NCBI GenBank assembly: GCA_047967505.1
Contig: CM106538.1
Source of the DNA: Dipteris shenzhenensis
Taxonomy: Eukaryota
DNA length: 64,000 nt
Direction: 5' to 3' (one strand)
The notes under the pieces were generated by a model that saw only the letters and a program-made list of their open reading frames with translations, was not told the DNA's origin and searched no databases. The position numbers and the translations under genes are program-made. Positions 1 to 13,868 of this stretch are shown piece after piece (the stretch's first letter is position 1; every line of letters begins with the position of its first letter).

Positions 1-116
1 ACACACGGTTTTATACGGCTGTACCAAATCGTGAGATAACTATACTGCACCAACAAATAAATGAATATTAGCTTAAAGAGACTAATATTTATGTAATTGT
101 TGCTACTATAGCTTGC

Positions 117-569
117 TTGCGAAGGACTCTCACAAAGGAGATGGCTATAGATTTTGTTCCAGGGATGGATGTGATTTTATGTAGCAAAAGAGAAGTAGTT
201 GCATTTGCTACAATCCATGATAGTGATCCCAATTCAGTTTGCCACTTTCGAAGACTTGGCGAAGATAAGGTGGCAGTTACTGTATCAAAGATTCTTAGTG
301 CACATGTTGAGCTAAAGTATAAATGTGGAGATATGGAAACACTTGGAGATGTTATGCCCTACAATACATCCAACAAATCATTTATAGCATGGGACAAAGA
401 TGAGACTTATGCACTAGACATTATCAAGAATACAAAGTGCACCACCTTGGATTTTACTATAGGGGACATTTCACAAATGAGATCATTTGCAAATAAGAAT
501 GTAGCAGTTTTTCAAACAAGTACTTATCAAATGGGGATGCCACTTTGCACACAAGTTAATACTGCCTAG
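117..569 (+). pseudogene. En/Spm Tnp1-like (Transposase_23-type) domain remnant of an outer CACTA-like element
   Basis: Translation VVAFATIHDSDPNSVCHFRRLGEDKVAVTV...TLGD...FIAWD resembles the VA.GT....P......LG.....V......T.GD.....IAW pattern of Tnp1-type domains; recognised by eye only. Confidence 0.45.
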
Positions 570-1525
570 GTTGAGGAATGTGCAAAGTCTTGTGTCCATT
601 GGATATGCTTTGCATAGTCAATCTCACATTATACACCATTTTGTTCCTAGTGTTATGCACAATCATCATAAAATACGTTTGGAGGTGTGTTATCCGAACA
701 AGTACTTATGGGATGGGTGCACCACTTTGTATGCAAGTCAATACAACCTAGCTTGAGGCATGTACAAAGTTTTGTGCCCATCGGAGAAATGTAGATGCGA
801 TAATATTAGAAAATTCTCGGTATGTGTATATGTGTGTGTGTGTGGCAAACAATTTTGATACAACAAAGTAAACACCTAGTGCACAAATTATGCACTTCAT
901 ACCTTCAGTAAATAAGCTTGTTGATGAGGATAAATACACCCTTGAATAAAATCACAGTTGTTGTATGACCACTATAGGATCGCTTTGACACCTGTGATTT
1001 TGCCCACATGTAAGTTTGCAAATAGTATAAAAAATCATATAATAATATATTAATAGTTTGCAAATGTGTATAGCAAGTGAGTAATGGGAAGTGGAAGTGG
1101 GAGTGAGGAGCGAGGAGTGGAATGGGAGAGGGAAGTAATAGTAGTGTATGATAATAAGTATAAAAAATAGTATAATAATATATTAATAGTTTTCAGATGG
1201 CAAGTGAGTAATGGGAAGTGGAAGTGAGAGTGGGGAGGGAAGAATGGAATGGGAGAGGGGAAGGTAATAGGGGAGTAGGATAATAAGGGAGTGAAATGAG
1301 TGAGGGGAGTTAATAGGGGATGAAAAAGAGGAGGGTGAGATGGGGAAATATGGGATTTTAGGAAAGGGGAGGAGTATGGGACGTGGTGGAAATGTGGGAT
1401 GGGAGTGGTGGCAATGGGGGAGGAAGAAGCACTACTACACACGCATCCTATTGTGACGTTTACGTACCGATGATTAGCGCCCGCTTAGCGTTAATCGTCG
1501 GTATAAAAATCGGGTGTCGTAAATC

Positions 1526-1642
1526 GTCGCTATATAGCGACTTTTACTAAGCGTCGCTATATAGCGACGTTAGTAAAAGTCGCTATATAGCGACTTTTAA
1601 AGGTCGCTATATAGCGACACTGAGACAATATATTATAGCGAC
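1526..1642. repeat. Left subterminal array of the 16-bp palindrome GTCGCTATATAGCGAC
   Basis: Copies at 1526, 1553, 1579 and 1603, plus a half site at about 1634. Confidence 0.95.
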
Positions 1643-1980
1643 ATTTTACAGAGAGGTTTTTTCTTTTTTTTAGCCTTAAAATTTATTTTCTTCCAATGAC
1701 AAAATTTTTTAAATTTTCATACATGTTTGAGCTCATAGAGAATTAAAAAATGAGAGCATGTACATCAAGCCTTTGAAGCTCATATATTCATGTCCAAGTT
1801 TGAGATGAGAAAAATCAAATTAAATAAGAGCATTTACATCAACTGTTTCATCTTGAGCCAAGTCTAAGGCGCCAAGCAAGTCTATCTCCAACTCTATACC
1901 GAGTTGATCTCCTATATCATCATCGTACTCTAGCATCGTACGTTCACCTAAAAGTATTTGATCATCTTCTTCAATTAAGC

Positions 1981-4900
1981 TTAAGTGTGGTGATTGATCT
2001 TGACGATTGTTGTCTTCCTCGTCAATATCGTGATCTCCATCCTCCTCCCGTGCGATGTCATTATATGCGCATCTTCCTCTTGCCTCATATGGTGATCTAC
2101 ATCTTCTTCGCTAGATTCATCAATTGGATCCGGCATTGGTAGTGGCATCTCCATATCCACATCTCGATCTTCAAAAATCTGCTTACTTCGTGGTGCAACT
2201 TGGATCATGTACCACCATCTTGGATCAGAACGATCCGGATGAAAAACCACCTATATTGAAGATGAAAAATCACGTGCCAAATGTCGTCAATTTTATATAT
2301 ATCAATGGACTTAAAAAACGAAAGCTTCGACTAATTAAATCATTAGTATGCACCTGCTCACAGTGCTCGGGAAGAACAAAAGTATCACTTTCATCGGTCC
2401 AATGTTTGGTGGAGTCTATTGCAAAGAGACCGCTACCATCTTTTCTCACAGTCGCATGGGGACCGTTGTAAGTAGTTCTAAACCATTTTACATCAAGAAT
2501 GAAAATAGTAAATCGTCTGAAATCAATTTCATAGATGTCGCGTATGGTTCCACAATAATCCAACTATGAGGAGAGAAGATTGGTATCCGAAGCACTTGCT
2601 CGGCTATCTTGTGTGAAGTTAGCCATGACTCCACAATCATACGTGACTCTCTTTGAATCGATGCGTTCTACGTGAAAATGTCGTCCATATGACCATAATG
2701 CACTGTACTTTTTGTACTGTAGAAGAGCATCATTAAAACAATGAAGATGCACCTATTTTATAGCATATATTGCCACAAATAATTACTTAATTACATCAAG
2801 AGATAAGAAACTTACATGCACCATACATCCAGATGATAACTCCCGCTCGCGCTCGTTTATTGTCTCTCCATCACGTTCGGCTTTACGTATAGCTAGTTGT
2901 AGCCAATCAAGTGACATGTGAGTAGGGAGAAGAGCCAGATCTCGTGGATATGGTTGTGATCGCCTGTACATTACTCTGAATCTCGTCCTTGCATTTATTC
3001 TTTCTGCTTTGGCCACTTCATATCTCTCAATCCACTTCTGCATCTCAGGGCTATTGAGGATACAAAACTTATTGAATTTCTCCATTTGCTCTTCGCTCAT
3101 CTTTCTTTCAATCCCTTTTCCTTGGGGGACCTCGCCAATGATGCGATCATCATCCTTGTTGTGCCAAGCTTGCGGCATATCAGGATCCGTGGATGCAAGA
3201 AACTCTGTGATATATACTAATGACTCTTGCACAAGCCATCCCTCTGCCATGCTTGCTTCTGGTCTTGCTCTTTGTCTTACAAACCCCTTTAAAGTTTTCA
3301 TAAACCGCTCGAGAAAAAACATCCATCGATTATGAACGGTACCTGCTATAGCCACCTCATCAACTATGTGTACAAGCAAGTGGACTTGAGTTGTCATAAT
3401 GCTTGAGGGAAAGTGCTTCTCAAGCAAGCATACGGCTTCGATGGATTCCACCCTAGCCTTCTCGATGCTCGATATAGAGATCTCTTTTTGAGATATCCAC
3501 CTATTTCACATGTCCATGCATATGTAAGATATTTGAGATATCCACCTATTTCACATGTCCATGAAGAAAATACATAATGCGAATTGATAGTAAGCATACC
3601 TCACAATACCACAGATCTTGAATATAGCATTTCTAACATCTTCTTGTAAGCACCCTTTTATTGTAATTGGAAGGATGAACTATCAAAGCAACAATGAAAT
3701 CATGTCAACAATATAACATAATAATAATTACGCTAATGCATCACTATTATCGGTACACTAATTCTACTTAGAATACCTGTAAGACCTTGTGCCAATCATG
3801 GGACTTGAGGCCACTAAGCTTATTGTCCTTTGAAAATGCTCCTTTCAAGCAACGCATGTACCCTGTCGGTGTTTGAAAAGAGGCAATGTCTGCCTTGATC
3901 GCTGCCTCCTCCCTCGTAGAGAGGATCCACGTTGCTTTCGGGAGGACAACTTTTCCTGAAGCATGCACTTGGGGCCACAAACAAGACATCCTATTCATAG
4001 CACGCAAGTCTTCTCGCACTCCTCTCGAGTCCTTGGAACCAACCAAGTGTGCCCAAATGGTAGCCCCCACATTCTTAAAGATATGCATGGGATCCAAGAG
4101 ATGATTGATTTGTAACTGACCCCAATAAGGAAGCTCGTGAAAGATCGATAGCCTCTTCATACCAGGAGGAGGTTCCTCTCCATTCTCCCTCCAAGCTTGA
4201 ATCTAATCACTTGCTTTCAAATATGATGGTGGTGGATCAAGCTGACCTCCACATGCGAGATGGTCGAACGGAAGGTATCGAGCATGACCTTCATAAACAT
4301 TTTTTCTCATGTGTTTGGAGTAGCGTGCAAGCGATTTCAGAGCGGGTCCACAAACAAGACAAGCATGGTACCCACTTGTAACAAGTCCTACACGCGTGCA
4401 TGAATATGTTAGTACAAGACATGCGTGCAAAAGAGAGTAAAAAAAGCATAATCCCTCATTGTACATGTAAAGACATAACCACGTACCTGCGCACTCTCCA
4501 TATCCTGGGTAGTCATGCATGGTCCACATCAAGATACCCCTGACTAAAATATCATTGGTATGCCTAGGAGCTCTGGAAATATCAAAGACCTGCACTCCTC
4601 TCCATAATATCTGTAACTCCTCTATCAAAGGTGCCATGTACACGTCCATATTTTTTGCCTTGTACTTTCCTGGCACAAGTAGTGCAAGCATGAGGTGTCC
4701 CTTTTTTATTGTTAGCCATGGTGGGATATTGTAATTCACCACGACTATGGGCCATGTCGACGAAGATGTCAAGCGTAACCCGAAAGGATTCACGCCGTCC
4801 ATGGCTAGCCCAAGATGTAAGTTGCGTGGCTCTCTTGCAAAGTCTGGCCACTGATTATCTATGTGCTTCCAAGCCGCACAATCTGTGGGAATCCTCAATG

Positions 4901-5885
4901 TGTGATCAGTGGACCGATGAGATGCATGCCATGTCATCAACTCCGCTATGGATTTGCATCGAAACATGTGTTGTATTCTTGCAATGATGGGAAAGTGTCT
5001 TAAGACCTTTACCGGTATCCTCTCACCCTGCAAGTCATCTCTATATCATTGTTCCCCACACTTTGGACAACTAGCCAAATCTCCATGCTCACGAAGAAAG
5101 AGAATACAATCATTACGGCAAGCATGGATGGTATCATAATCCATACCCACCATTGTTAGCATCTTTTTCGCTTCATCTCTTGATGCGGGCATGGTATTTG
5201 GTGCAGGCAACATCTTTTGGAGCAACCTATGACAAAGACACTATCCAAATGATGATTCTCAAAACAAACAATATCCAAATAATGAGTCAATCAAATTAAT
5301 GCAAGGGCTAACCTCATTAAGGCCGAGACACTTGTATCCGACCACCCATACTGTACTTGTAGATTCAAGATTGAGAGACAAGCACGTAGTTTAGACATCC
5401 TGGCACCCTCGTACAATTGTGTTGATTGCAACTCTCGCATTTTCACCTCAGACTCTGACATCACATGTGCGTGGGATGTAGTGCCCCTAAAAATGGAATC
5501 CATCATGTCGACCATACCCTCATCGTCATCCGGGAGACTATAGTCTTGTTGAAAGTGAGAAGGTATATGTGTACCCTCGTCACCCTCGTCATCCTGTCAT
5601 AAGCTCATTCGTGTAAATAGAAGATCTTCTAATTCCGGGTATACAATAAGATTGCGAACTTAAATAGCTTTGACTTACCGATGATCCATCAACATGTGCA
5701 ACACCAACGGGGGGTACTGGTTCCGGCTCCTCCCCATACATCCGCAAGTGGCGCATGATAATACGACGTTGATGTCGTACTTCTCGCTTGCCATGAGTGC
5801 AATGACAATATAACCTCTCTGTAAGCCACTTCGTGCTCCCGGGCGTTGGCGCATCATCGGATGAGCTTCCACTCGTCCCTTCCAT
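1981..5885 (-). pseudogene. tnpD: CACTA TnpD/Tnp2-type transposase, multi-exon, with premature stops
   Basis: Fragments in the expected order: LYEGARMSKL...YGWSD; LRHFPII...DCAAWKHID..WPDFAREPRNLHLGLAMDGVNPF..STWP (Transposase_21-like); SIFHELPYW...LDPMHIFKNV; LSGLKSHDWH; FPSSIMTTQVHLLVH...WMFFLER (DUF4218-like); YCGTIRDIYEIDF...KWF (DUF4216-like). Confidence 0.92.
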
Positions 5886-6122
5886 CTACACTTGTAAAAC
5901 CAAAACATAAGCATGAAGAGGAGATGTACACAATTATGAGCATAGCATGTTTAATTTGAGCTTCTCTTGAGGCTATATAAAAAGAATGACATCGCTATAT
6001 AGTAAGGATTGAAACAAAAAATCCTATATAGTAAGGCTATGTAGTAAGAGGAGATATTGACAATTATAGGCATAGCATGTTTGAGCTTCACAAGAGGCCA
6101 CACCAAAAAATAAACAGTAAGC

Positions 6123-6188
6123 GTCGCTATATAGCGACGCTCTGTTCCGTCGCTATATAGCGACGAATAAGCGTCGCTATATAGCGAC
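6123..6188. promoter_or_regulatory. Internal cluster of three GTCGCTATATAGCGAC palindromes between the divergent CACTA genes
   Basis: Copies at 6123, 6149 and 6173, identical to the subterminal motif. The regulatory role is inferred. Confidence 0.6.
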
Positions 6189-7079
6189 GCTGTGGGTTAA
6201 AACCCGAAACGCCGAAACGCGCGGCGTTTTGCTCAAAGCTTTCCTAATCTCTCAAGTAAGCAACCCAAAATCTCCTCCCACCTATTTTCACTGACCTCCC
6301 ATCTATTCCAAGCAACCTCCTACTCTATTTCCCACTCCTCACCCTTCTCCTACCTCTTGTACACCCTCTCTCTCCTTTTTCCCTCTTTGGTTTCCAGAAA
6401 GAAAGTTCTTCAAAAGGTGAGTTTCTTTCAACAATGTAGGTTGTTTGTTTGTTAGCTTTGGTTTTGTGAGTGTTTCTACTTGTATTGCTAAAGTTTTAAA
6501 CTAGTTTTCATGCTTGATTAGAAAGGATTCAAACAAAAAACGAAATTTCAAGAAAGAAAGAAAGAAACTCACCTCTTCTTCCTGTATTTCTCTTCCTTCT
6601 CTTCCTTCTCTTCTCCTCAATCTCCTCCTTTCCTTGTCTCCTCAATCTTCTCTTTCCTTATCTCCTTTCAAAAAGTTGCTTTTGTGATCTCCTCTTTCCA
6701 CTAACATCTTATTTGAAAAAATGGGTTGTTTTCTCTCTTTTGTAGGGCCAGTCCACTACACCGAGCGGGACATACTCTCTCTTTTGTGGGCCCAATCCAC
6801 TACACCGAGCGGGACATACTTTTACAGGTAAGTGCTTCCTCTTCTTTCCATTTAAGCTTTTTGTTATTTGCATTGGCCTGCAGCTAGCGCCTTAAGCGCT
6901 AGCTGCAGTGATGGGCGTAGGAACCCTCTCTTCCCCCTTCTCTTTTTCTCATTTTTCCCCCTTCTCTTTTTTCCCTCTTCTCTTATTCTCTCTTTCCCCC
7001 TTCTCTCTTTCCCCCTCTCTCTTTTCCCTTCTCTCTTTCCTTTCCCCCCTATTCTCTATTTCCTTTCCCTCTTATTCTC

Positions 7080-10000
7080 TTATGCTTATGCTTCTCTCAT
7101 TCCCCCTTCTCTATTTCCCCCTTCTCTCATTCGCATAAGCTCTTTTTCCGCATGAGCATAAGCTCCTTCTCTCTTTCCGCATGAGCATGAGCTTATGCGT
7201 AAGTTTCCGCATAACCTTATGCGGAAATAGAGAATGAGAGAAGCTTATGCTTCTCTCATTCTCTTTTTCCGCATAAGCTCCTTCTCTCTTTCCGCATAAG
7301 CTCATGCGCTTTTTCCGCATGAGCATAAGCATGAGCTTATGCTTATGCTTATGCATAAGCATAAGCACAAGCTCATGCTTATGCTCATGCATGAGCATGA
7401 GCTTATGCGCAAGTTTCCGCATAAGCTTATGCGGAAATAGAGAATGAGAGAAGCTTATGCTTCTCTCATTCTCTTTTTCCGCATAAGCTCCTTCTCTTTT
7501 TCCGCATGACCATAAGCATGAGCTTATGCGCAAGTTTCCGCATAAGCTTATGCGGAAATAGAGAATGAGAGAAGCTTATGCTTCTCTCATTCTCTTTTTC
7601 CGCATAAGCTCCTTCTCTCTTTCCGCATAAGCTCATGCGCTTTTTCCGCATGAGCTTATGCTTATGCTTATGCGTAAGCATAAGCATAAGCTCATGCTTA
7701 TGCTCATGCATGAGCATGAGCTTATGCGCAAGTAGCTTATGCGGAAGTTTCCGCATAAGCTCCTTCTCTCTTTCCGCATAAGCTCATGCGCTTTTTCCGC
7801 ATGAGCATAAGCATGAGCTTATGCTTATGCTTATGCATAAGCATAAGCATAAGCTCATGCTTATGCTCATGTATGAGCATGAGCTTATGCGCAAGTTTCC
7901 GCATAAGCTCCTTCTCTTTTTCCGCATGAGCATAAGCATGAGCTTATGCTTATGCTCATGCATGAGCATGAGCTTATGCGTAAGTTTCCGCATAAGCTTA
8001 TGCGGAAATAGAGAATGAGAGAAGCTTATGCTTCTCTCATTCTCTTTTTCCGCATAAGCTCCTTCTCTTTTTCCGCATGAGCATAAGCATGAGCTTATGC
8101 TTATGCTTATGAATAAGCATAAGCATAAGCTCATGCTTATGCTCATGCATGAGCATGAGCTTATGCGTAAGTTTCCGCATAAGCTTATGCGGAAATAGAG
8201 AATGAGTTCTCTTTTTCCGCATAAGCTCCTTCTCTCTTTCCACATAAGTTTCCGCATGAGCTTATGCATAAGTTTCCGCATAAGCTTATGCGGAAATAGA
8301 GAATGAGAGAAGCTTATGCTTCTCTCATTCTCTTTTTCCGCATAAGCTCCTTCTCTCTTTCCGCATAAGCTCCTTCTCTATTTCCGCATCCGCATAAGCA
8401 TGAGCTTATGCTTATGCTTATGCATAAGCATAAGCATAAGCTCATGCTTATGCTCATGCATGAGCATGAGCTTATGCGTAAGTTTCCGCATAAGCTCCTT
8501 CTCTCTTTCCGCATAAGCTCCTTCTCTATTTCCGCATCCGCATAAGCATGAGCTTATGCTTATGCTTATGCTTAAGCATAAGCAGAAGCATAAGCTCATG
8601 CTTATGCTCATGCATGAGCATGAGCTTATGCGCAAGTTTCCGCATAAGCTTATGCGGAAATAGAGAATGAGAGAAGCTTATGCTTCTCTCATTCTCTTTT
8701 TCCGCATAAGCTCCTTCTCTCTTTCCGCATAAGCTCATGCGGCTTTTCCGCATGAGCATAAGCATGAGCTTATGCTTATGCTTATGCATAAGCATAAGCA
8801 TAAGCTCATGCTTATGCTCATGCATGAGCATGAGCTTATGCTTATGCTTATGCATAAGCATAAGCATAAGCTCATGCTTATGCTCATGCATGAGCATGAG
8901 CTTATGCGCAAGTTTCCGCATAAGCTTATGCGGAAATAGAGAATGAGAGAAGCTTATGCTTCTCTCATTCTCTTTTTCCGCATAAGCTCCTTCTCTTTTT
9001 CCGCATGAGCATAAGCATGAGCTTATGCTTATGCTTATGCTTATGCATAAGCATAAGCATAAGCATAAGCATAAGCTCATGCTTATGCTCATGCATGAGC
9101 ATGAGCTTATGCATAAGTTTCCGCATAAGCTTATGCGGAAATAGAGAATGAGAGAAGCTTATGCTTCTCTCATTCTCTTTTTCCGCATAAGCTCCTTCTC
9201 TCTTTCCACATAAGCTCATGCGCTTTTTCCGCATGAGCTTATGCGTAAGTTTCCGCATAAGCTTATGCGGAAATAGAGAATGAGAGAAGCTTATGCTTCT
9301 CTCATTCTCTTTTTCCGCATAAGCTCCTTCTCTCTTTTCGCATAAGCTCCTTCTCTATTTTCGCATCCGCATAAGCATGAGCTTATGCTTATGCTTATGC
9401 ATAAGCATAAGCATAAGCATAAGCATAAGCTCATGCTTATGCTCATGCATGAGCATGAGCTTATGCGTAAGTTTCCGCATAAGCTTATGCAGAAATAGAG
9501 AATGAGAGAAGCCTATGCTTCTCTCATTCTCTTTTTCCGCATAAGCTCCTTCTCTCTTTCCGCATAAGCTCATGCGCTTTTTCCGCATGAGCATAAGCAT
9601 GAGCTTATGCTTATGCTTATGCATAAGCATAAGCATAAGCTCATGCTTATGCTCATGCTTATGCTTATGCTTATGCTCATGCTTATGCTCATGCTTATGC
9701 TTGTCTCATTCTCTTTTTCCACATAAGCTCCTTCTCTCTTTCCGCATAAGCTCCTTCTCTATTTCCACATCCACATAAGCATGAGCATAAGCATAAGCTC
9801 ATGCTTATGCTCATGCATGAGCATGAGCTTATGCGTAAGTTTCCGCATAAGCTTATGCAGAAATAGAGAATGAGAGAAGCTTATGCTTCTCTCATTCTCT
9901 TTTTCCGCATAAGCTCCTTCTCTCTTTCCGCATAAGTTCATGCGCTTTTTCCGCATGAGCATAAGCATGAGCTTATGCTTATGCTTATGCATAAGCATAA

Positions 10001-11720
10001 GCATAAGCTCATGCTTATGCTCATGCATGAGCATGAGCTTATGCGTAAGTTTCTGCATAAGCTTATGCGGAAATAGAGAATGAGAGAAGCTTATGCTTCT
10101 CTCATTCTCTTTTTCCGCATAAGCTCCTTCTCTCTTTCCGCATAAGCTCCTTCTCTATTTCCGCATCCGCATAAGCATGAGCTTATGCTTATGCTTATGG
10201 TTAAGCATAAGCTCATGCTTATGCTCATGCATGAGCATGAGCTTATGCGCAAGTTTCCGCATAAGCTTATGCGGAAATAGAGAATGAGAGAAGCTTATGC
10301 TTCTGTCATTCTTTTTTTCCGCATAAGCTCCTTCTCTCTTTCCGCATAAGCTCCTCTATTTCCGCATCCGCATAAGCATGAGCTTATGCTTATGCTTATG
10401 CATAAGCATAAGCATAAGCTCATGCTTATGCTCATGCATGAGCATGAGCTTATGCGTAAGTTTCCGCATAAGCTTATGCGGAAATAGAGAATGAGAGAAG
10501 CTTATGCTTCTCTCATTCTCTTTTTCCGCATAAGCTCCTTCTCTATTTCCGCATGAGCATAAGCTCCTTCTCTCTTTCCGCATGAGCTCCTTCTCTCTTT
10601 CCGCATAAGCTCCTTCTCTCTTTCCGCATAAGCTCCTTCTCTATTTCCGCATGAGCATAAGCATGAGCTTATGCTTATGCTTATGCGCAAGTTTCCGCAT
10701 AAGCTCCTTCTCCATATCCGCATGAGCATAAGCATGAGCATGAGCATAAGCATGAGCTTATGCTTATGCTTATGCTTAACCATAAGCATAAGCATAAGCT
10801 CATGCTTATGCTCATGCATGAGCATGAGCTTATGCGTAAGTTTCCGCTTATGCGTGAGCATATGCGGAAATAGAGAATGAGAGAAGCTTATGCTTCTCTC
10901 ATTCTCTATTTCTGCATATGCCGAAACATGAGCATAAGCTTATGCTCACCCATGAGCATAAGCATAAGCTCATGCGGAAAAATAGAAGGAGCTTATGCGG
11001 AAATAGAGAATGAGTTTCCGCATAAGCTCTTTCTCTTTTTCCGCATAAGCTCTTTCTCTTTCTCTTTTGCGTGAGCATATGCGGAAATAGAGAATGAGAG
11101 AAGCTTATGCTTCTCTCCTTCTCTATTTCCGCATATGCGGAAACATGAGCATAAGCTCATGCTCACCCATGAGCATAAGCATAAGCTCATGCGGAAAAAG
11201 AGAAGGAGCTTATGCGGAAATAGTTCATGAGTTTCCGCATAAGCTCTTTCTCTTTTTCCGCATAAGCTCTTTCTCTTTCTCTTTTGCGTGAGCATATGCG
11301 GAAATAGAGAATGAGAGAAGCTTATGCTTCTCTCCTTCTCTATTTCCGCATATGCGGAAACATGAGCATAAGCTCATGCTCACCCATGAGCATAAGCATA
11401 AGCTCATGCGGAAAAAGAGAAGGAGCTTATGCGGAAATAGAGAATGAGAGAAGCTTATGCTTCTCTCCTTCTCTTTTTTTGCATAAGCTCCTTCTCTTTT
11501 TCCGCATGAGCATAAGCATGCGGAAACTCATTCTCTATTTTATGCATAAGCTCCTTCTCTATTTCCGATGCCTATGCTTAAGCATAAGCTCATGCTTATG
11601 CTCATGCATGTGCATGAGCTTATGCTTAAGTTTCCGCATAAGCTCATGCTTATGCGTGAGCTTATGCGGAAATAGAGAATGAGAGAAGCATAAGCTCATT
11701 CTCTATTTCTGCATAAGCTC
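7080..11720. repeat. Palindromic satellite built from GCATAA/GCTTAT/GCATGA/GCTCAT hexamers and short hairpin modules
   Basis: Recurrent TTCCGCATAAGCTTATGCGGAA (perfect palindrome) and AGAGAATGAGAGAAGC-TTAT-GCTTCTCTCATTCTCT. A 217-bp higher-order unit occurs three times (10877, 11094, 11311). CT-rich flanks on both sides. Confidence 0.95.
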
Positions 11721-12009
11721 ATTCTCTATTTCCCACTCTATTTCCCCCTTCTCTCATTTCCCCCTTCTCTCCTTCTCTATTTTCCCTCATCTCTTTCCCC
11801 TTCTCTATTTCCCCCTTCTCTCATTCTCTATTTCCTCATTCTCATTCTTTTCTTTCCTTTACATCTTCTTTCCCTCTTCTTTCCCTCTTTCCCTCTTCTT
11901 TCCCTCTTCTTTCCTTTCCCTCTTCTTTCTTCTTGCCTATGCCTATGCCTATGAGAATGCTCATGTTTGTTTTTTGTTTTCTGTTTTCGTGTTTGTGTCT
12001 ATGTTAGAC

Positions 12010-13600
12010 ATGGGATCACGTCGCTCATCGGACGAGTACAGACAGCCTCGCAGGAGGAGAGCTCACGATCTATATGCTCCAGAGGACTTTGATTCCTCTC
12101 AGGCGACTACCCCGAGGACTACCCCTGGTCCGACTCCTCTCGGTCCTAGCACTGTGACTACCCCTGGTCCGACCCCTCTTCCACGTAGCACTGCGACTAC
12201 CCCTCAGGGGACTCCTTTGCTAGCCATGCATGGCTTTGTTGGGACTCCCGACGAGTTTGTAGCGCAGATGAGCGATGAGGAGGCAGCGAGATTCTTCTCT
12301 CTGCTCTCTCAAAGGACCTCTGCAATTCCTTCCCCTACACCGACGGGTGGACGTACTGCCCAGCCATCCCCTCGCGCCCCTTCGACTGCGGGATCATCAC
12401 CTGCGCATGCCTCCCGCAAGGGAAGGAAGAGTAGGATGGGCGGCTCATGTTGTGCTGACTCAGGAGATGTAGACGAGTCAGCACACTCACGCTCCTTTAG
12501 GTCTCCACTTGGTCCGGAGACACAGTATCAGTCAGGTCCCTTTCCCTCTCCTACTCCCATAGATACTCCTCGATCCGGAAGCGGTCGCGCAGCTTCCACT
12601 CCTTCAGACTCTGCTACCGTCAGTCCCCCTTACTCATCAGGGGATCTCTCCTATCAAATCACATCTGCCGGAGAGATCATAGAAGACAAAAAGGGCAAAG
12701 CAGTGATGGCCGCCATGAGGCGGTTGATGAGTCATCACTTCAAGAGCGGCATAAATATTGATTGGCGGTATCAAGATGCCCAAAAGAAGCAGGCGGTGAT
12801 CGATGAGTTAAAATAAAGATATCCTAATCCGCCAAATGTGGAGTTTAATAACAATTATATGCTCGAGCACATGGGTTTGGTCCTAAAGCATCGCAGATCA
12901 ACCATGCGTACTTCCATTACAAAGGGGTTGGCTAAACCCAGCTGGGCAGACAAAGCTGATTGGAAGTACTTCAAGAAGCAACATAGGGACCATCCTGAAA
13001 TGTTCGAGGGTCAGAGGAGGGCTGCGAAGAGACGGCTGGACGTCGTAGGTACTTTGCACTTTGGTGCAGGCCGACGGTATGCGTTCAAGGCAACCGTGGT
13101 AAGTTTACTTCTTTCCATTTAATGTATTGTTCTATTTGTTTTACTTACATATTACATGCACTTTAGCTAACTCTAACTCTCGTAAATTGGATCCACAGCA
13201 AGCTGCGATGGGTCGTCTTCCTACAGATGCAGAGACGCGGCGCGCATTTTGGATAGGAACCAAGCCGTGGTTCATTGAGCAAGAGGCAATGGGAGCGACA
13301 GTCGATTGGGCTGAGGTGGCTGCTCGCACGGTATAAGTTTACTCCTACTTGTAATCTCACTTTTTAATTTAAGTTCCAATCTAATTTTCGATTTATATGG
13401 TTCACTCTTAGGGTCAAAGCTCAAGCGTCCCATCATCAGAGACGAGCGATCAACAGGGGCAAGGATCGGATGTAGGTGTCGAGGACGAGGGAGAAGACGC
13501 AGGTGTCGGGGATGAGGGAGAAGATGCAGCTGCCGAGGACCAGGGAACAGCCCAACAAGACGATTCGGATTCGGATTCGGATTCGGATTAGTAGTGGTAG
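12010..13600 (+). pseudogene. CACTA ORF2, TnpA/Ptta (Transposase_24)-like, in-frame stop at 12814-12816
   Basis: ATG at 12010 after a TTAG acceptor. P/S/T-rich N-terminus, then WRYQDAQKK...MGLVLKHRR...PSWADKADWKYF...QRRAAKRR...LHFGAGRRYA, the Ptta-like pattern. GTAAGT donor near 13099; 3' boundary approximate. Confidence 0.65.
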
Positions 13601-13868
13601 TAGCATTTTGTATATCCGCTCGTTAGAGCAATTTTGTATCGCCCTTTCACAGGGTAATTTTGTTACAAACACAGTTGTATATGTATATGCATTTCTTCCT
13701 CATCGTTCACAAGAACAATTTTGTATCACCCTGCAAGCAAGGGAAATTTTGTTATAAAAAACTTTCTTTTGTAATTACAAAAAAAAAAAAAGGATTAGTG
13801 GGGCTAAACAGGGCCAAAAGGAAGCCCTGTTTAGCCCCACTAACCCTTTTTTTTTACTTCTGTTAATC

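Noticed and set aside
1-40. Window start ACACACGG resembles the sequence following CACTACT in the inner CACTA terminus
   Set aside because: The diagnostic CACTA bases would lie outside the window, so this cannot be verified.
3487-3563. Short tandem duplication within tnpD
   Set aside because: An ordinary local duplication in a decaying pseudogene.
7111-11682. Many His/Lys/Met-rich or Cys/Leu/Ser-rich ORFs (MLMHKHKH..., CLCSCMS...)
   Set aside because: They are translations of the hexamer satellite in several frames on both strands, with no independent coding signal.
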